Origin: Phoronis australis
Taxonomy: Eukaryota > Animalia > Phoronida
Assembly: GCA_002633005.1 (NCBI GenBank)
Contig: NMRA01000424.1
Location: 319,999 to 372,367, forward strand
Length of the DNA: 52,369 nt
Direction: 5' to 3'
Within the stretch, counting starts at the first letter, position 1. Each line of letters opens with the position of its first letter. The position numbers and the translations under genes were made by a program. The notes beneath the pieces are model-generated. The model worked only from the letters and a program-made list of their open reading frames with translations. It ran no database searches and was not told the DNA's origin. Shown piece after piece: positions 13,101 through 23,834 of this stretch.

Positions 13101-16100
13101 ATCTCCTGCTTTGGATTGAGGACTAGCTAAATTCCACCAAAATCTTTGTTTTTCGTGTTGGTATGCCGGACCACAAATATGACATGTCTCTGGGCGACAC
13201 AGATGTAATTCCGACATGTCTCAGAAAAGACCATTGGCTTTGCTGTGCTGTAAGCTTACTTTGTGTAGTACGAGGATGGGCAAAGAATTACAACATACAT
13301 GTACAGTAAGTAATACATTATTTAAAAATATTCTAACACAAGTGAAACAGTTGTTATTTAATTACAGTAACAACGATGACGGGCAACTAGGACAGTGCAG
13401 TTCAGTTGATGCAACCGTCTACTATTTTAGAAGGGTTATTGTTGAAACAGACGATTTTCATTGGTACTTAAGGATTACATAAGAGCACAGGAATCATTTG
13501 TGGGTCACAACATGCAAACAGCCTCTGCATGTTGAGCAGCCAAACGACAGCCTAATATACAAGTAAGAATTTTAGGGAAGATGAACCTCACTTCACAACA
13601 GTAATGCTGGCTGTTGCACTGCAATGTTTCATTTGCTATGCGTAATTAACTGTAAGGATTTCCAGTCTGTTCCCCAGGACACGTACACACGTGCTTGTCT
13701 GGCACCGAGAGAGAGGGAATCGCACAGGGGTTGGGGGAGGGGCCGCCCCCAAGACATTTTCAAAATTATTCCGTGTTCTAGCAAACACTGGTTCATTCAG
13801 CGGTCGCACGTTCAGTTGGTTGTATGTGCAAATTGGAGAAAAGTTTGTTTGTGATTTTCCCTTAAAGAAGGACTTTGATTTCAGTAAAATTGCAGTTAGT
13901 CATATAACGTCGTATTATAACAACGATGCACTAATAGCGGATTTGCAGCGACGCCATATTAAAATTAGGTAAAATTGGTGTATTGTGGGTGCTGTGGTCA
14001 GGATTCCGAAAGCGGTAACAAGCATAATACGCGGTATGAGCGCGAAGAAAACTTACGGCGGATACACTTGTGTTCCTGGCTGCTTCAAAAACAACAAGAC
14101 AGGTGAAAATCTGATTTTTTTATGTTTTCCCTGCAAACCAAGAACTTCGTGAAAAATGGATAAACAACATTAGGAGAGCTGGGAGTAAGGGGAGATTTAG
14201 CGCATTCAAACCAACACAGGGCTATCTAGTAGGCAACGCGTAGCCCCTCGGTTGGCCATATAGGGGCTACAATACTCCCATTCGCTTTCTGTACTCATTT
14301 CGTTACTTCAGTGTATTTTAAAAGGGTCGTGGCCGGATTTGTGTTACCGATTTCGAGTTTTCACCTCGTCAAAAATACATTCTACACTTAAAACTATCAT
14401 TTAAAAAACGCTTACTTTCATCATTGGTCCGTTTTACTTCTATACATATCTTTGATGAAGCTTAATTGTGAGAATTAAGTTGATTTTGGCGAAGAATTAC
14501 AACTCCACTTTTTTGATTGCCGTTAATTTTATCACCGCGTGAGCCGCGATAACCACAAAGCATGTTACTGAATCGGGTGAGTTAAGCAAATGTTAGCGCG
14601 AGACTGAGCGAAGCGCGTGACGCTAGCGTGTGACGCTAGCACGTGACGCTAGCGTGCGACACTTGTAAAATAGCATGGGAAGTTATCGGGTGAAACTTGT
14701 AAGATGTGTGTCTCTTGGACTTTTTATTCGTCAACATGCGTAATTTCACTAACTTCGTCAAAATGGCACCCGCTAACTGAGAGAAACTCGAGCAAACCGC
14801 GACAGATTTTCATCAATTTGTTCAAGTTTTGCTGACTAAATTGTATCCAGAGTCGTGGTATGTGTTAATTATAAGTCCGTGTTCCTACACGTATGGTTCA
14901 TTTGATTTTATTTGCTGTATTTTGAAATGAGTGACTTTTTGTGAGAATGTACTATCGCCCCTGAATGCCTGCAGCATCCTGTGCGATGTAATTGCCTAGG
15001 GGCCATCGTGTGTGCAGCGAACATTTTCCTGGTGGAAAAAAGACGTAGGAGAACAACATTCCGACGGAGTTTCCTCTTAAAATTAACGTCTCTAGCGTAT
15101 CCACGGCGAAAGCTACAAAAGTTAAAGCAACCCAAGAACTCTCAGCTTGTCTGAAACCGGAGGAGATTTCCAAATCAACGCCGATAGCCCCAATACTGAA
15201 CATCATGACGACAGTTTTGCCCTCGGTCACACGGTCACTGATCATAGCTACGCTGTGTTTACAAACGAGAGAGAGGACTTGCTTGGTATTATAAAGCAAA
15301 AAAATGAAACATGTTTTTTAGTTTGCAAATCACTTCAAATGCACACACTATCCAGCCTGCTCAAGACATGCCTGACCACAAGCTATTTCATGAGCCTTCG
15401 CACAGGAAGTAACTCGCACATGCGCAATGCGTAGTTCGTTTGCGCTGCAAATCCGCTATTTGGGAATGCTGTTGACTAAAGCATAGAAATTGCAACGTTA
15501 TTAAAATTGGAGTAGGGCTTATTAGGGCTAGTTGTAACGCAAGTTGTTGTAATACCCATATCTCCGGAGCTATCATGATATAACGACTTTGACTTTAATT
15601 GAAACATCCTGGACCCCCGAAAAGGTGGTGTTTTTGTTGTTAAGTCCAAATATTGATCCATAGAAGAATTAAAAACTTAACTAGTTTGTCCTTGATTCTA
15701 GGATGATGTGATTATTGCCATTTAATAATTCCCACAAGTTATATTTAATAACGTCTTACATCGTCTACATGTTCAGTGTTTCTTTTTCATCCCAGAACGA
15801 ACACATTATTTTATCCAAAGTGAATACTGCGGCAAGGTGCAACACATTAGTTGTCGAAGTGTCCTTAACGTGTTCGCCTTGATATGCATCGTATACCTTT
15901 CATAGTTATCATCCCAAGCAAGGTGGTAAAGGAAACAGTTTGAAAAACATTCAATGTTTGCGTTGCATCAACACCGGTGAGAGCATTTCACAACAATTTT
16001 TTTGAAGACTTGACTTAGGATTTACACACCTTTTGAAAGGCGTGACAACCCTCGTACAAAGTTTGCCTCTCGTATTTAAGTCGAAACCGCCACAAATCTG

Positions 16101-19100
16101 CTATTTTTTAAAAACAGCCGGAATCGGTATCCAGTAAATTATGAGTCCAGTTTGATAGGGCTAAATGGGTCATTTCCTTATGTTTTGATTAGACAATCAA
16201 CCTATATTCACTTTTACATATTCCGTCAACGTACGTGCAAAGTAGTCCGTGTATATCGTGGCTTGGGCCTTTTTTTGTACAGGATCGGATACCTCTGCGA
16301 AGATGTAAGGCGTGTCCTGATCCCCTCCGTTAGGTCCTGTGCCTTTGGTTGGCGTGGAACCCTGGAAATTGTTAAAAAGCTTACATTGTCCATGAATCGG
16401 TAGCTCAAGTCGATTTTTAAAAACCTCAAAACTGCATTGAGACCTCCAATGAAAAACATTGATGTCGTATGAAGCTATAGTTTGACCTGCAAGACCCACG
16501 CGACGGTCACGGTCATCGCCTATGGGACGCTACCATTGTTTGTCTTTGTTGGATATAACAATACAGGTTGTACCTTGGACGCACTTCTGCCGGTCACAGA
16601 TAAATACTTACCATTTTAAGAAAGAAAAATGAAGTGAAAAATAGATACGTCTATCTACCGATATCTATGCCCCCTAGTTTCCAGAGGCTAAGCTCAATAT
16701 AAAGTGTTGTTTGTTAACTGACAGATGTAGGTCCATGCTTGTGAAAACGTGTAAGTGTAATTCTTTCCAGAATACCTGGGCTTGGTTTGTTGCCTATGCC
16801 CAGGCATTCAACATAGTTCTAACTTAACACTGAAAACAACTTACGCTAGGAAGGCTTTAAGTCATTATCTCTAAGTCCAAATCTCGAGAACTCGAAATAT
16901 GTAAGTTATGATTCCGACATCCCAAGATAATTAAAAAAAGAAACGCGCTGTTAGTCGGTTGTTTGACAAAAGTAGATGATGTTATCGCAGAAATTCGACA
17001 GAGCGTACGAGGGAAGAGGCCAACAACCCTGTGTTACGAATGGAAATGCCAAGGCAATTTTGATTGGGATTTCAACAAACAATGGTTTGACATCTGTCAC
17101 AGTCTTTATTTCTGTATGGGCGTATCGTGTAACGTGCCACGGAAACTGTTGAATATTTTGAATTTGTCTCGCGCTTTCAGAATAAACTCGCCTATATCAC
17201 TGAGCTCTAGTACGTGTTTTTCCCAGCCCAGGAAGACTAGTGCACTTGCTCAACTTGTTGCACAGCCAAGTCATGTTTTGGCAGAACTCTCTCAGATTGA
17301 AAACTAAAGATCCATGTATCAAGCAAACACGCCACGCCTACTTCTTTCACCGTTGTTAATTATTTTGTCGCAAATTTTGCGAGACGAACCGCACTGCTTA
17401 CTTGGGAAGGTTGCTCGTGAAAACCTCACCTATCCTGCATCGTTGGCTTGCGATGAGATATGTAGAGTTCAGAAACGCTAGTGCATTGCTGAAAAAGTGT
17501 GATTCCGCAAGATAACACGTGACTTTTGCTCGATGCTTCTCAACTCGAGAATGTTATTGAATTCGACCTTGACAATCAGTGCTTAGGTATATGTAATCGC
17601 ACTGTCGCTTTTGAAAATTGGGACCATGCTCAGACTGAAGAAAAACGGTGACTAAATCCCGCTAAGTCACCCATATCATTCCAATAATGTACTGCCATTA
17701 GTTCAGAAAATATTCTTGTCAGCTTTCCGAGCACATTTGAGCGCCTACTCGTTAATAACGACAGAAACATTGGGCTTTTAGAGTGACACTGGCTCGAATT
17801 CTCAAGCCAGGTAATAAAATGCTTATTTGAATTGAATTGTTGATACAATTTGTATTTAAAGAATGCACCAAACTCTCACCGTTTATTTGAAAACACTACC
17901 ATACGATAGCTGCTACTTTGAAACAGATCACAGGTTAAAATGAAGCTTACAAAGGGAGAACGCATCGAGAGGATAAGGAGTCGCGTTCCAAACACGTGAC
18001 ACAAGCGGTGACCACGTGCTCAAAAGTAGATGTTTGTGGTAAACAGCTGACAAGAATGCGTCTACACAGCATGGATTCGTGGAAGCCGCAGAGAAAACTA
18101 GGGGTTGCGTTATAGTAGAAGACGTAATCTTTCGGCGCTAATTTGGTCTTGGAAGATTTCACTACCCGATTACCTGTGCACAAAGTATCCCGTTTTTCTA
18201 TAAATTTGGATGAATGTTTCTTGTCGCAAATTGCGCTCAGTGAGAGGATTAACTTACGGAATGTGGTGTCCAGTCGAAGTCGTCATCAGTAGCCTGTTTC
18301 CACCCGCAGAGGTGACCGTCGTCAAATGTGCACGATATCTGGTCGTCTGAAATCCAGTACTTAATGGAGTTGGGCGAAATTTAAAGACCTATAGCACCGT
18401 TCTCCCAAAGGAAAGGTGTATTGCATTATCACTTTTAAGTCACAAAAGAATAATTGTGAAATACCATGATACAAAAATTGCCGAAGTTTGAGCTTAGTGA
18501 CTTTTGAAAGATGTTCAGATGCTTGTCAGACTAGCTCATCCAAAGTTTTCAAACATGACTGAAAATTTCAAGCAATCATGTTTGGGTACCATTAGTGAGT
18601 ACACTGTCTATGTTGGAGGTGTCGTGCTTTAAAAGCAGATTCCTAAAATATTTATTGTCTAGAACTTGCAAAATTACACTGCCGGACTCTACAGCGTCAG
18701 CATAATTATACAACACAAAGCGTCGGTATAGCCCACGTTTTACCACAGACCGTTTTTCTTGGGGTGCTTGTCGGCTTCACGGAAGTAAAATGTCACAGTA
18801 CAGTATATGGGCACAGTAAAGTCACCGCAAGTGGAGCCTCCAGTAGTCATAAGTGATAACGTGTAGTGCTGCGTCATGGATGTAAACTTACATTTATATC
18901 CACTTGATGGAATCGGTACAAAGGTGATATCTTCCATCATCTAAGAAATACAGCGACACTCACGGATAACGTGAATGAATCACTGTAGTTCTATATCCCT
19001 GTGAAATCTAGTAGTTTGTTCTCCAGATATCATCCTTAAACGCAGCACCCCAAAAGCACTACAAAAGCCCTTGTCGAGACCAGCATGGTTAAACACGCCT

Positions 19101-21906
19101 GAAAATCAACTGGTAGGGGTATATCATTCACATGTATATACATTTTTTGTAGTGAACCGACTGGAACGGAGAACCGGATCTGTGTTCGCTCTAAGCCGCC
19201 ACCGACTCGGACGATTGTGTTGAAAAATGGCCTACACTTGAGACAAAAGTTTAACACAGGCTCTTTAGCAGGTGTAAACCCCTCGTCCTGACCCAAAGAA
19301 TGGACCCAATGTCAAAGTGGTAACAACAAATACAAGTATCGTACTCATGACATTATTATTTCGCCTCGAACAGTGCTTAGTTCAACAACGAGACATCTTG
19401 CAATGAGCACTTACAAGATCACCATAGGTCTTTGTGTTTGCTGACCACCTTGCAGTCTGCGTGCGCTTCCAATGACCCTTATTGTTTACATCAATCAACC
19501 GTTTGCTGATTTGATTCGGAAACTACACAATGGGGTTCATGAATAAGAAATGTAAATCATCACTGTCACTGGGCAGCAATGTACACGTTTCCAATTTGTT
19601 TTTAATTGCAACATAATAGCAATTATACCACAATATTAGCGTGCAATAACCCATAAAGTTATCTCACTAGTGAGATAACGATTTGGCGGGAAACCGAGGA
19701 CGGAGTCGAACCCAGGACCCTGGAATTGCCGGTCGCCTACTTTACCACTACACCATGCAGCGACTGACGTCATCAAGAGTGAAAATAGAATACTTAAATG
19801 AGCACGCGCAATAATCCCATGTTCAACAAACCGCATTGTACTGTACTCACACGCTACGAAAAATAAGACACACAATTTCCATAAAAATGATATCTTAATT
19901 CAGTGAAAATTTTCTCTCATGTCATCTTACTTGCAAATCGCCGATCTCCAGTTTGAATGCGGGTATCGTGTCGTTAAGATCTTTGACTTGAGAATTCTAT
20001 TCAGTTACCAGTGGTAACCTACTTTAGCAGACGATAATTTATCGCTCGCAGCTTAGCGTGAAAAAGAACGTGTTTTAAGCTATAATAGTTGGTAAACCTT
20101 AATTTATCAATTGAATTTATTTCTATTATATTTAAGTTTTCAATTGGTTTTGAGCATTATTTGACAAAATTACCCCGGCTTTTAATAAAAGGTCACGACC
20201 TCCGACCCCGGGCCTCTGACATAGAAAGTAGTTACAAAGCCATGGAGAGTCTGAAAAGGTAAATCGATTCATTGTAATGTTTCTCGTTTAGTATGTGGTA
20301 TAAATAGATCATTAAATGTTCTCAGCCGTTACCCCCCTTATCTAGAGCCCTCGTGGAATTTGGAGAATTATCACCCTTGGGGCTAACGCCCCTCGGGCGA
20401 TAATTCTCCAAAATCCACTCGAGCTCTAGAGAACGGGGATAACGACTTCGCCATGTAACAATCTATATCGATATGACGAAGTTGCGTGCAAATTCTATCA
20501 TTCCTGGTCTGGAGAAAAATTTATCATTCTTCTTTCAGGCAAACTATTGGAACATGTGATACTGCATACCCTGACTCATAGATGCCTCATCATTTGCACC
20601 AACAGCCTTCATAAACCATCTTCTTTCACGTTCTTTCCCGGATGTGTCCCTCTGCAATAAAATCAGCTATTATACCACTGAAATTTATTAGTTTGTGAAT
20701 TTGATCAATTAAATTTGCTTGAAACTTCCAAAGGAACTAATAACGAACGGAAGAGCGTCGTAGTTCGTTCTGCAATGCCAGTTTTTGAGCGAAAGCAAAG
20801 TTTCATAAGTCGACGCATGATTAGGCGACAGAACGTCGACTGTTTTCACTGTAAGTTTGATATGGGACTTCCGTGGTGCTCCGGCAGAAATTCACGGTTA
20901 TCGTTCTATGTGCGTTTGTTTATCGCGAATATCGTGAATTGCGCAACGTAGCCTCAGACTATTAGTATACAGGTATGTCTAGTTTGCATGCATGCACCCA
21001 TGGAGGAGGGGGGAGTGGCTCGGGACCTTGAACGATCCCCAATATCTGGCAATGTAGGCAAATAGGTCAGCCCCAGAGGAAAAAATGGTAAAGTAGAAAA
21101 CTCGACAAAGGCAGGAAATTCCAATGTAAGGCGAGTGCACATTTCATTGCTCCTCTCAAAGTACCTCGTTTTTTGTTTTTTAGCAAAAGGTCCACATCCA
21201 CAAAAAATCGAGCCCCATTGTTTGGCTGGGTGCGCGCATGGATTGTATTTTTTCTAAAATGTCCGTTATATAATACAGTTTTGGCCCAACAGTGTTTTTT
21301 TTTCCTATTTCAGGAATAGTAAAGTGTGTTTTTCAGTGTATAGAAAATTGCCGATTGACTTGCACATTTTGGTGGCACTGCAAAAGTGATTACTGCGCAG
21401 TATTGTTTAGGATATAATACTTCATTTTAGCATCGGATTTAAACCTCTTACACCATGACCAGTTACTAGCAATTTTAATATGACATTTTAAGTATTTCGT
21501 CTTCAATTCATGTACTTTTAAACAAGAAATCAACGCAAAAACTAAAAAAATAATTATTTTTGTTTGACGTCATCAGTGGATCCGGTTCGCATTATTTTCT
21601 ACACACTTAAAATACTTTGGTTTGGGGGTCGGGTCTCAGCGTCTAATTATTCGGTTTCAATGTTGAGCTAGTGAGTTTGATGCTGCGCCACTACCCATTT
21701 ATTCAAAATGACTTTTTTCGCCAACAATGTTGCTTTAAACTGAAGTTATATCTCACCGTTTGCGTCATAGGATGATGTTGATTGTCTTGGTAGATGTTCC
21801 TATCATCTGTGCCACTCTGTCCATGCGGTAGGCCCATTGAGGCAGTGAGCAACACTGCTGTTATAAAAACAACATGAAACCAACGACCTTCCGTAGTTGT
21901 GACCAT
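1009..21906 (-). CDS. Multi-exon gene for a secreted protein with two tandem MAM domains (core exons 21906-21757, 20651-20570, 18346-18258, 16361-16235, 11828-11650, 11130-10960, 7954-7825, 4645-4461, 1110-1009; 404 aa, or 505 aa with four optional exons)
   Basis: All junctions are GT-AG and phase-compatible, and the joined frame is open. MAM motifs occur twice: CxF(D/E)xxxLC, W, TGP, YIxAExS, MYG..MG.L, GN.W, DIALD. Confidence 0.88.
4461..4645 (-). CDS. MAM gene exon (MAM2 middle) LAKPFCLTFAYNMYGCHMGSL...RDKGNRWKTAKVHVDRTDTVQ
   Basis: Acceptor tctctgtcttag|, donor CAG|gtaaga; 185 nt, phase 1 to 0; MAM motifs. Confidence 0.93.
7825..7954 (-). CDS. MAM gene exon YPTTTPLTGPSSAYSGQYYIYAEASW...KNSN
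   Basis: Acceptor tgtgtttaaag|, donor A|gtgagt; 130 nt, phase 0 to 1; TGP and YIYAEAS motifs. Confidence 0.9.
8348..9734 (+). mobile_element. Kolobok-like DNA transposon with ~160-bp TIRs, TTAA target site and THAP-domain start (interior hidden by an assembly gap)
   Basis: TTAA|AGGCGAAGGCAACC...GGTTGCCTTCGCCT|TTAA; near-identical TIRs 8348-~8507 and ~9575-9734; ATG at 8613 gives MPHCCCVPECTN...GVPLH, a THAP N-terminus. Confidence 0.85.
8686..9436. other. Assembly gap (N run)
   Basis: Continuous n characters. Confidence 1.
9903..10420 (-). mobile_element. 5'-truncated 3' end of a CR1/L2-group LINE
   Basis: ORF 10399-10136 FLTTKF..V.DFHNYNAR...KPKNNCGKRAFAY..A..YN.L...FK resembles the CR1/L2-group ORF2 C-terminus; followed by a 3' UTR ending in an (AATA)-like tail near 9903. 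Confidence 0.75.
10960..11130 (-). CDS. MAM gene exon joining end of MAM1 and start of MAM2: LVFTGTKRRSSKGDIALDSF...LSCDFENDNLCSYSTDQRGYNWYTID
   Basis: Acceptor cctgttacag|, donor GAT|gtgagt; 171 nt, phase 0-0. Confidence 0.92.
11230..11415. repeat. Degenerate (TG/TGCG)n simple repeat
   Basis: Runs such as gcgtgtgtgagt, gtgtgtgcga, tgcgtgcgtgtgcatacgtatgcgtgcgtg. Confidence 0.7.
11650..11828 (-). CDS. MAM gene exon (MAM1 middle) GEYSFSFKWHMYGAYRMGTL...SGNRGNAWQTSEHTFTATEDTK
   Basis: Acceptor tatctttttcag|, donor AAG|gtatac; 179 nt, phase 1 to 0. Confidence 0.92.
11987..12790. repeat. Intronic tandem repeat, ~340-bp unit, ~2.3 copies
   Basis: Unit start TATAAA(T/C)AGGTAA(T/A)TAAAACAACAAGAATGGA at 11987, 12324 and 12666; units highly similar. 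Confidence 0.95.
13862..15598 (+). mobile_element. Decayed THAP-domain DNA transposon relic (THAP + DHSY motif), split by a secondary insertion
   Basis: 14036-14222 MSAKKTYGGYTCVPGCFKNN...FP.NQELREKWINNIRR...FKPTQG (frameshifted) resumes at ~15001 GHRVCSEHFPGGKKT*ENNIPTEFP, then DHSYA. 18-bp inverted repeat AATAGCGGATTTGCAGCG at ~13933 and ~15443. Outer boundaries approximate. Confidence 0.75.
14227..14999. mobile_element. Non-autonomous insertion inside the THAP relic with 8-bp target duplication
   Basis: GGGCTATC (14219-14226) and GGGCCATC (15000-15007) flank it; short TIR TAGGCAA/TTGCCTA; hairpin 14240-14270; 13-mer tandem GTGACGCTAGC(GT/AC) x3 at 14617-14655. Confidence 0.65.
16235..16361 (-). 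CDS. MAM gene exon GSTPTKGTGPNGGDQDTPYIFAEVSDP...TIYTDYFA
   Basis: Acceptor aatttccag|, donor C|gtacgt; 127 nt, phase 0 to 1; G.TP...TGP and YIFAE.S motifs. Confidence 0.9.
18258..18346 (-). CDS. MAM gene exon, start of MAM1: DQISCTFDDGHLCGWKQATDDDFDWTPHS
   Basis: Acceptor ggatttcag|, donor TCC|gtaagt; 89 nt, phase 1 to 0; canonical MAM start. Not in the ORF track. Confidence 0.93.
18892..18940 (-). CDS. Candidate MAM gene exon MMEDITFVPIPSSGYK
   Basis: Acceptor gtatttcttag|, donor T|gtaagt; 49 nt, phase 0 to 1, matching the next exon. Confidence 0.5.
19142..19231 (-). CDS. Candidate MAM gene exon AIFQHNRPSRWRLRANTDPVLRSSRFTTKN
   Basis: Acceptor ttttgtctcaagtgtag|, weak donor gtatat; 90 nt, open, phase 0-0. 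Confidence 0.35.
19415..19522 (-). CDS. Candidate MAM gene exon FPNQISKRLIDVNNKGHWKRTQTARWSANTKTYGDL
   Basis: Acceptor ccccattgtgtag|, donor CTT|gtaagt; 108 nt, open, phase 0-0. Confidence 0.55.
19683..19762 (-). mobile_element. tRNA-derived SINE head or tRNA pseudogene
   Basis: Minus-strand A box TGGTGTAGTGG (19755-19745) and B box GGTTCGACTCC (19712-19702); acceptor and D stems do not pair, so not a functional tRNA. Confidence 0.65.
19931..19986 (-). CDS. Candidate MAM gene exon KDLNDTIPAFKLEIGDLQ
   Basis: Donor CAA|gtaaga; weak acceptor attctcaag|; 56 nt, phase 1 to 0, bridging exon 2 to the 19522 exon. Confidence 0.4.
20304..20466. repeat. Palindromic MITE-like hairpin (~160 bp)
   Basis: Arms ATAGAT...CGTTA..CCCC...TCTAGAGC...TTTGGAGAATTATC...GGGGC pair with GCCCC...GATAATTCTCCAAA...GCTCTAGA...GGGGATAACG...ATCTAT around a TAAC loop. 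Confidence 0.85.
20570..20651 (-). CDS. MAM gene exon 2 RDTSGKERERRWFMKAVGANDEASMSQ
   Basis: Acceptor ttttattgcag|, donor CAGG|gtatgc; 82 nt; supplies the phase 0 to 1 change needed between exon 1 and the MAM1 exon; RERR furin-type site. Confidence 0.65.
20987..21240. mobile_element. Small MITE with imperfect 14-bp TIRs
   Basis: CATGCATGCACCCA ... TGGGTGCGCGCATG (12/14 match) plus internal GGCTCG/CGAGCC; no clear TSD. Confidence 0.5.
21757..21906 (-). CDS. MAM gene first coding exon with signal peptide MVTTTEGRWFHVVFITAVLLTASMG-LPH...
   Basis: aagATGG start context, hydrophobic core followed by SMG|LP cleavage-like site, donor ACG|gtgaga; 150 nt, phase 0. Confidence 0.8.
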
Positions 21907-21943
21907 CTTTCGTGATCTACTTTTATCAGTGCTGTGGACACGA

Positions 21944-21951
21944 TATAAATA
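21944..21951. promoter_or_regulatory. TATA-like element just upstream of the MAM gene start
   Basis: TATAAATA on + (TATTTATA on the gene strand), ~38 nt upstream of the ATG; orientation is non-canonical. Confidence 0.25.
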
Positions 21952-23611
21952 CAGCTAGCAGGGCATCTGGCGGCAAGTTGATTTGGGGGATTAGGAAACT
22001 TATTACTTTTTGATCATATACGCTAGTAATTGTTTCTTAACTTACGCCGTCTACGTCAAATTACTAAAGTGTACCAGCATGTCTAGCTACCGCACTTTAA
22101 GTCTCTGCTTCGAAGAGCACTTTTAAAACCAGAGGTGTGTTTCATCATAAGTTTCTCAAGACTTACAGCAGCAATTTTGTCTTACGCCCAACACAACAAT
22201 GTAATTAAATATCAATCGACCGAAACTGAAAATTCTTTCTTAAAAATATACACATTTCTGCTAGATTCTGATATATTTTCAACAACTTTTTTAGACCGTG
22301 ACGACATCCTGATTACTTAGATTAACTTATTCTTAGCAACTCTGAAGTGGGGGTGTCAGCCATGATGTTTACGTCTTCTTCATAAAACAGCTTTCAGTGG
22401 ATGCTTTCGCCGTTCATGTAGTTTAGCTCATAAATATCAATAAAACGTTCTGAAATTGCTTATTAAGTTTCTATAAACTCACGAGAGTCAGTATGACACG
22501 TCTTCTACTGGAATTTCTAAAAAATGGTCACTAAAATCCCGTGTGTTTGCAAGGCGTACGTAAAAGTATACCTAGATATGGGACATTAACGACGGTGCGA
22601 GGGTGAAGAATGCATATGACTGGAAGCCGGTGGAATTCACTGGGAGTTTACAACAATACAATATATTGTGTACACATATGAGCTTCAGTTACTTTGTTGT
22701 TTGGTCATTATGGTAGGACTGAGAAATGTTGTGACGTCACACGCAGATGGACAAAATCCCCTCATTAACCATGCGACAGAAATGGAAATGACCTCGGCAT
22801 AACTCCTACATTTTTCCTTCGAATACTTTGGTAAGACCTTGCCACGCTGTTAAGTCTGTGGTTGTTTTTAATAAGCGATTGTTCATATGCTTAAAAGCTC
22901 TTGCAGCTGGTCAGCTGATTTCGTATTAAGTTGGTTTTGCATCTCATTAAAATGTTATAATGCTATTTGCCGACTTGCCGGATTTTTGGTGCGAAGCTTT
23001 TTTGAACACAATTGTATCAGCGGGGCAAACTTTTTGTATAAAATGAACACTTGTGCATGAGCAGCTACTATACTTCCGGAAATTCGACGCTTTTTAGACG
23101 AGGTGATACGGAAGAAAATACCTTCCACCAAAAAACTTTGAAACAAAACGAAATTTTGTTTTATAAGACCATCGGTGTTGTCGATTCAACATCATGTGCC
23201 AGAAAATTGGTAATTTTGTACGATAAAAGGTGTTATTAATGGTAAATGAAATGTCCTGGTGTTATTATCCAATGTTCTACCCTAAATGAAAACTCATTTC
23301 ACTATGTTATTCTTACTCTGAGGCAAATTTGTCTCTGGGACTCCACAAAACGAACCCTACAGTTATTGCTAGAGAACTTGACTCGCCTTGACAACTCAAC
23401 TTCAAAGGCTTTATCCAAAAGCAACGGACTGTCAATTCCTTCAATTCCCTGACATCACTTCCTGTTTGAGTACAAACAAGTTCAAGGTCAATATTTTAGA
23501 AGCGGGTGGATAAATCAAGGTTTTGTTTTCGTCATAAAACTAGAACACTAGTGAAAGAATATAAAAAGTGGGTTACGGAAAAACATGCCATATTTAATGG
23601 TCTAGTAGAAT

Positions 23612-23675
23612 GGTTTACTGGGGTTCAAACCCGAGATCGTAAGAAAGCTGAAGCTCAACCACTCAGCTATATCTC
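23612..23675 (-). mobile_element. Degenerate tRNA-derived SINE head
   Basis: Minus-strand A box TAGCTGAGTGG (23669-23659) and B-box-like GGTTTGAACCC (23631-23621). Confidence 0.5.
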
Positions 23676-23834
23676 ATCCACTAAACTGGGTTTTTGCAAA
23701 GATATAAAATGTGTTTCAACGTATTATTTTCGTGACCGGTTGCATTTTTAATTTTAATTCGTATTGTGCGAGTTAGCAAACTCGAAAATCTAACTCTGAT
23801 TTGCATTTGTCATGAATGGACATGTTTGCCCGAT

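Noticed and set aside
17947-18183. ORF with FLCGFHESMLC resembling a MAM start
   Set aside because: A much better MAM1 start exon lies at 18346-18258, and this segment lacks a good donor and downstream MAM motifs.
19683-19762. Possible tRNA gene
   Set aside because: A and B boxes are present but the acceptor, D and anticodon stems do not pair; kept only as a SINE head.
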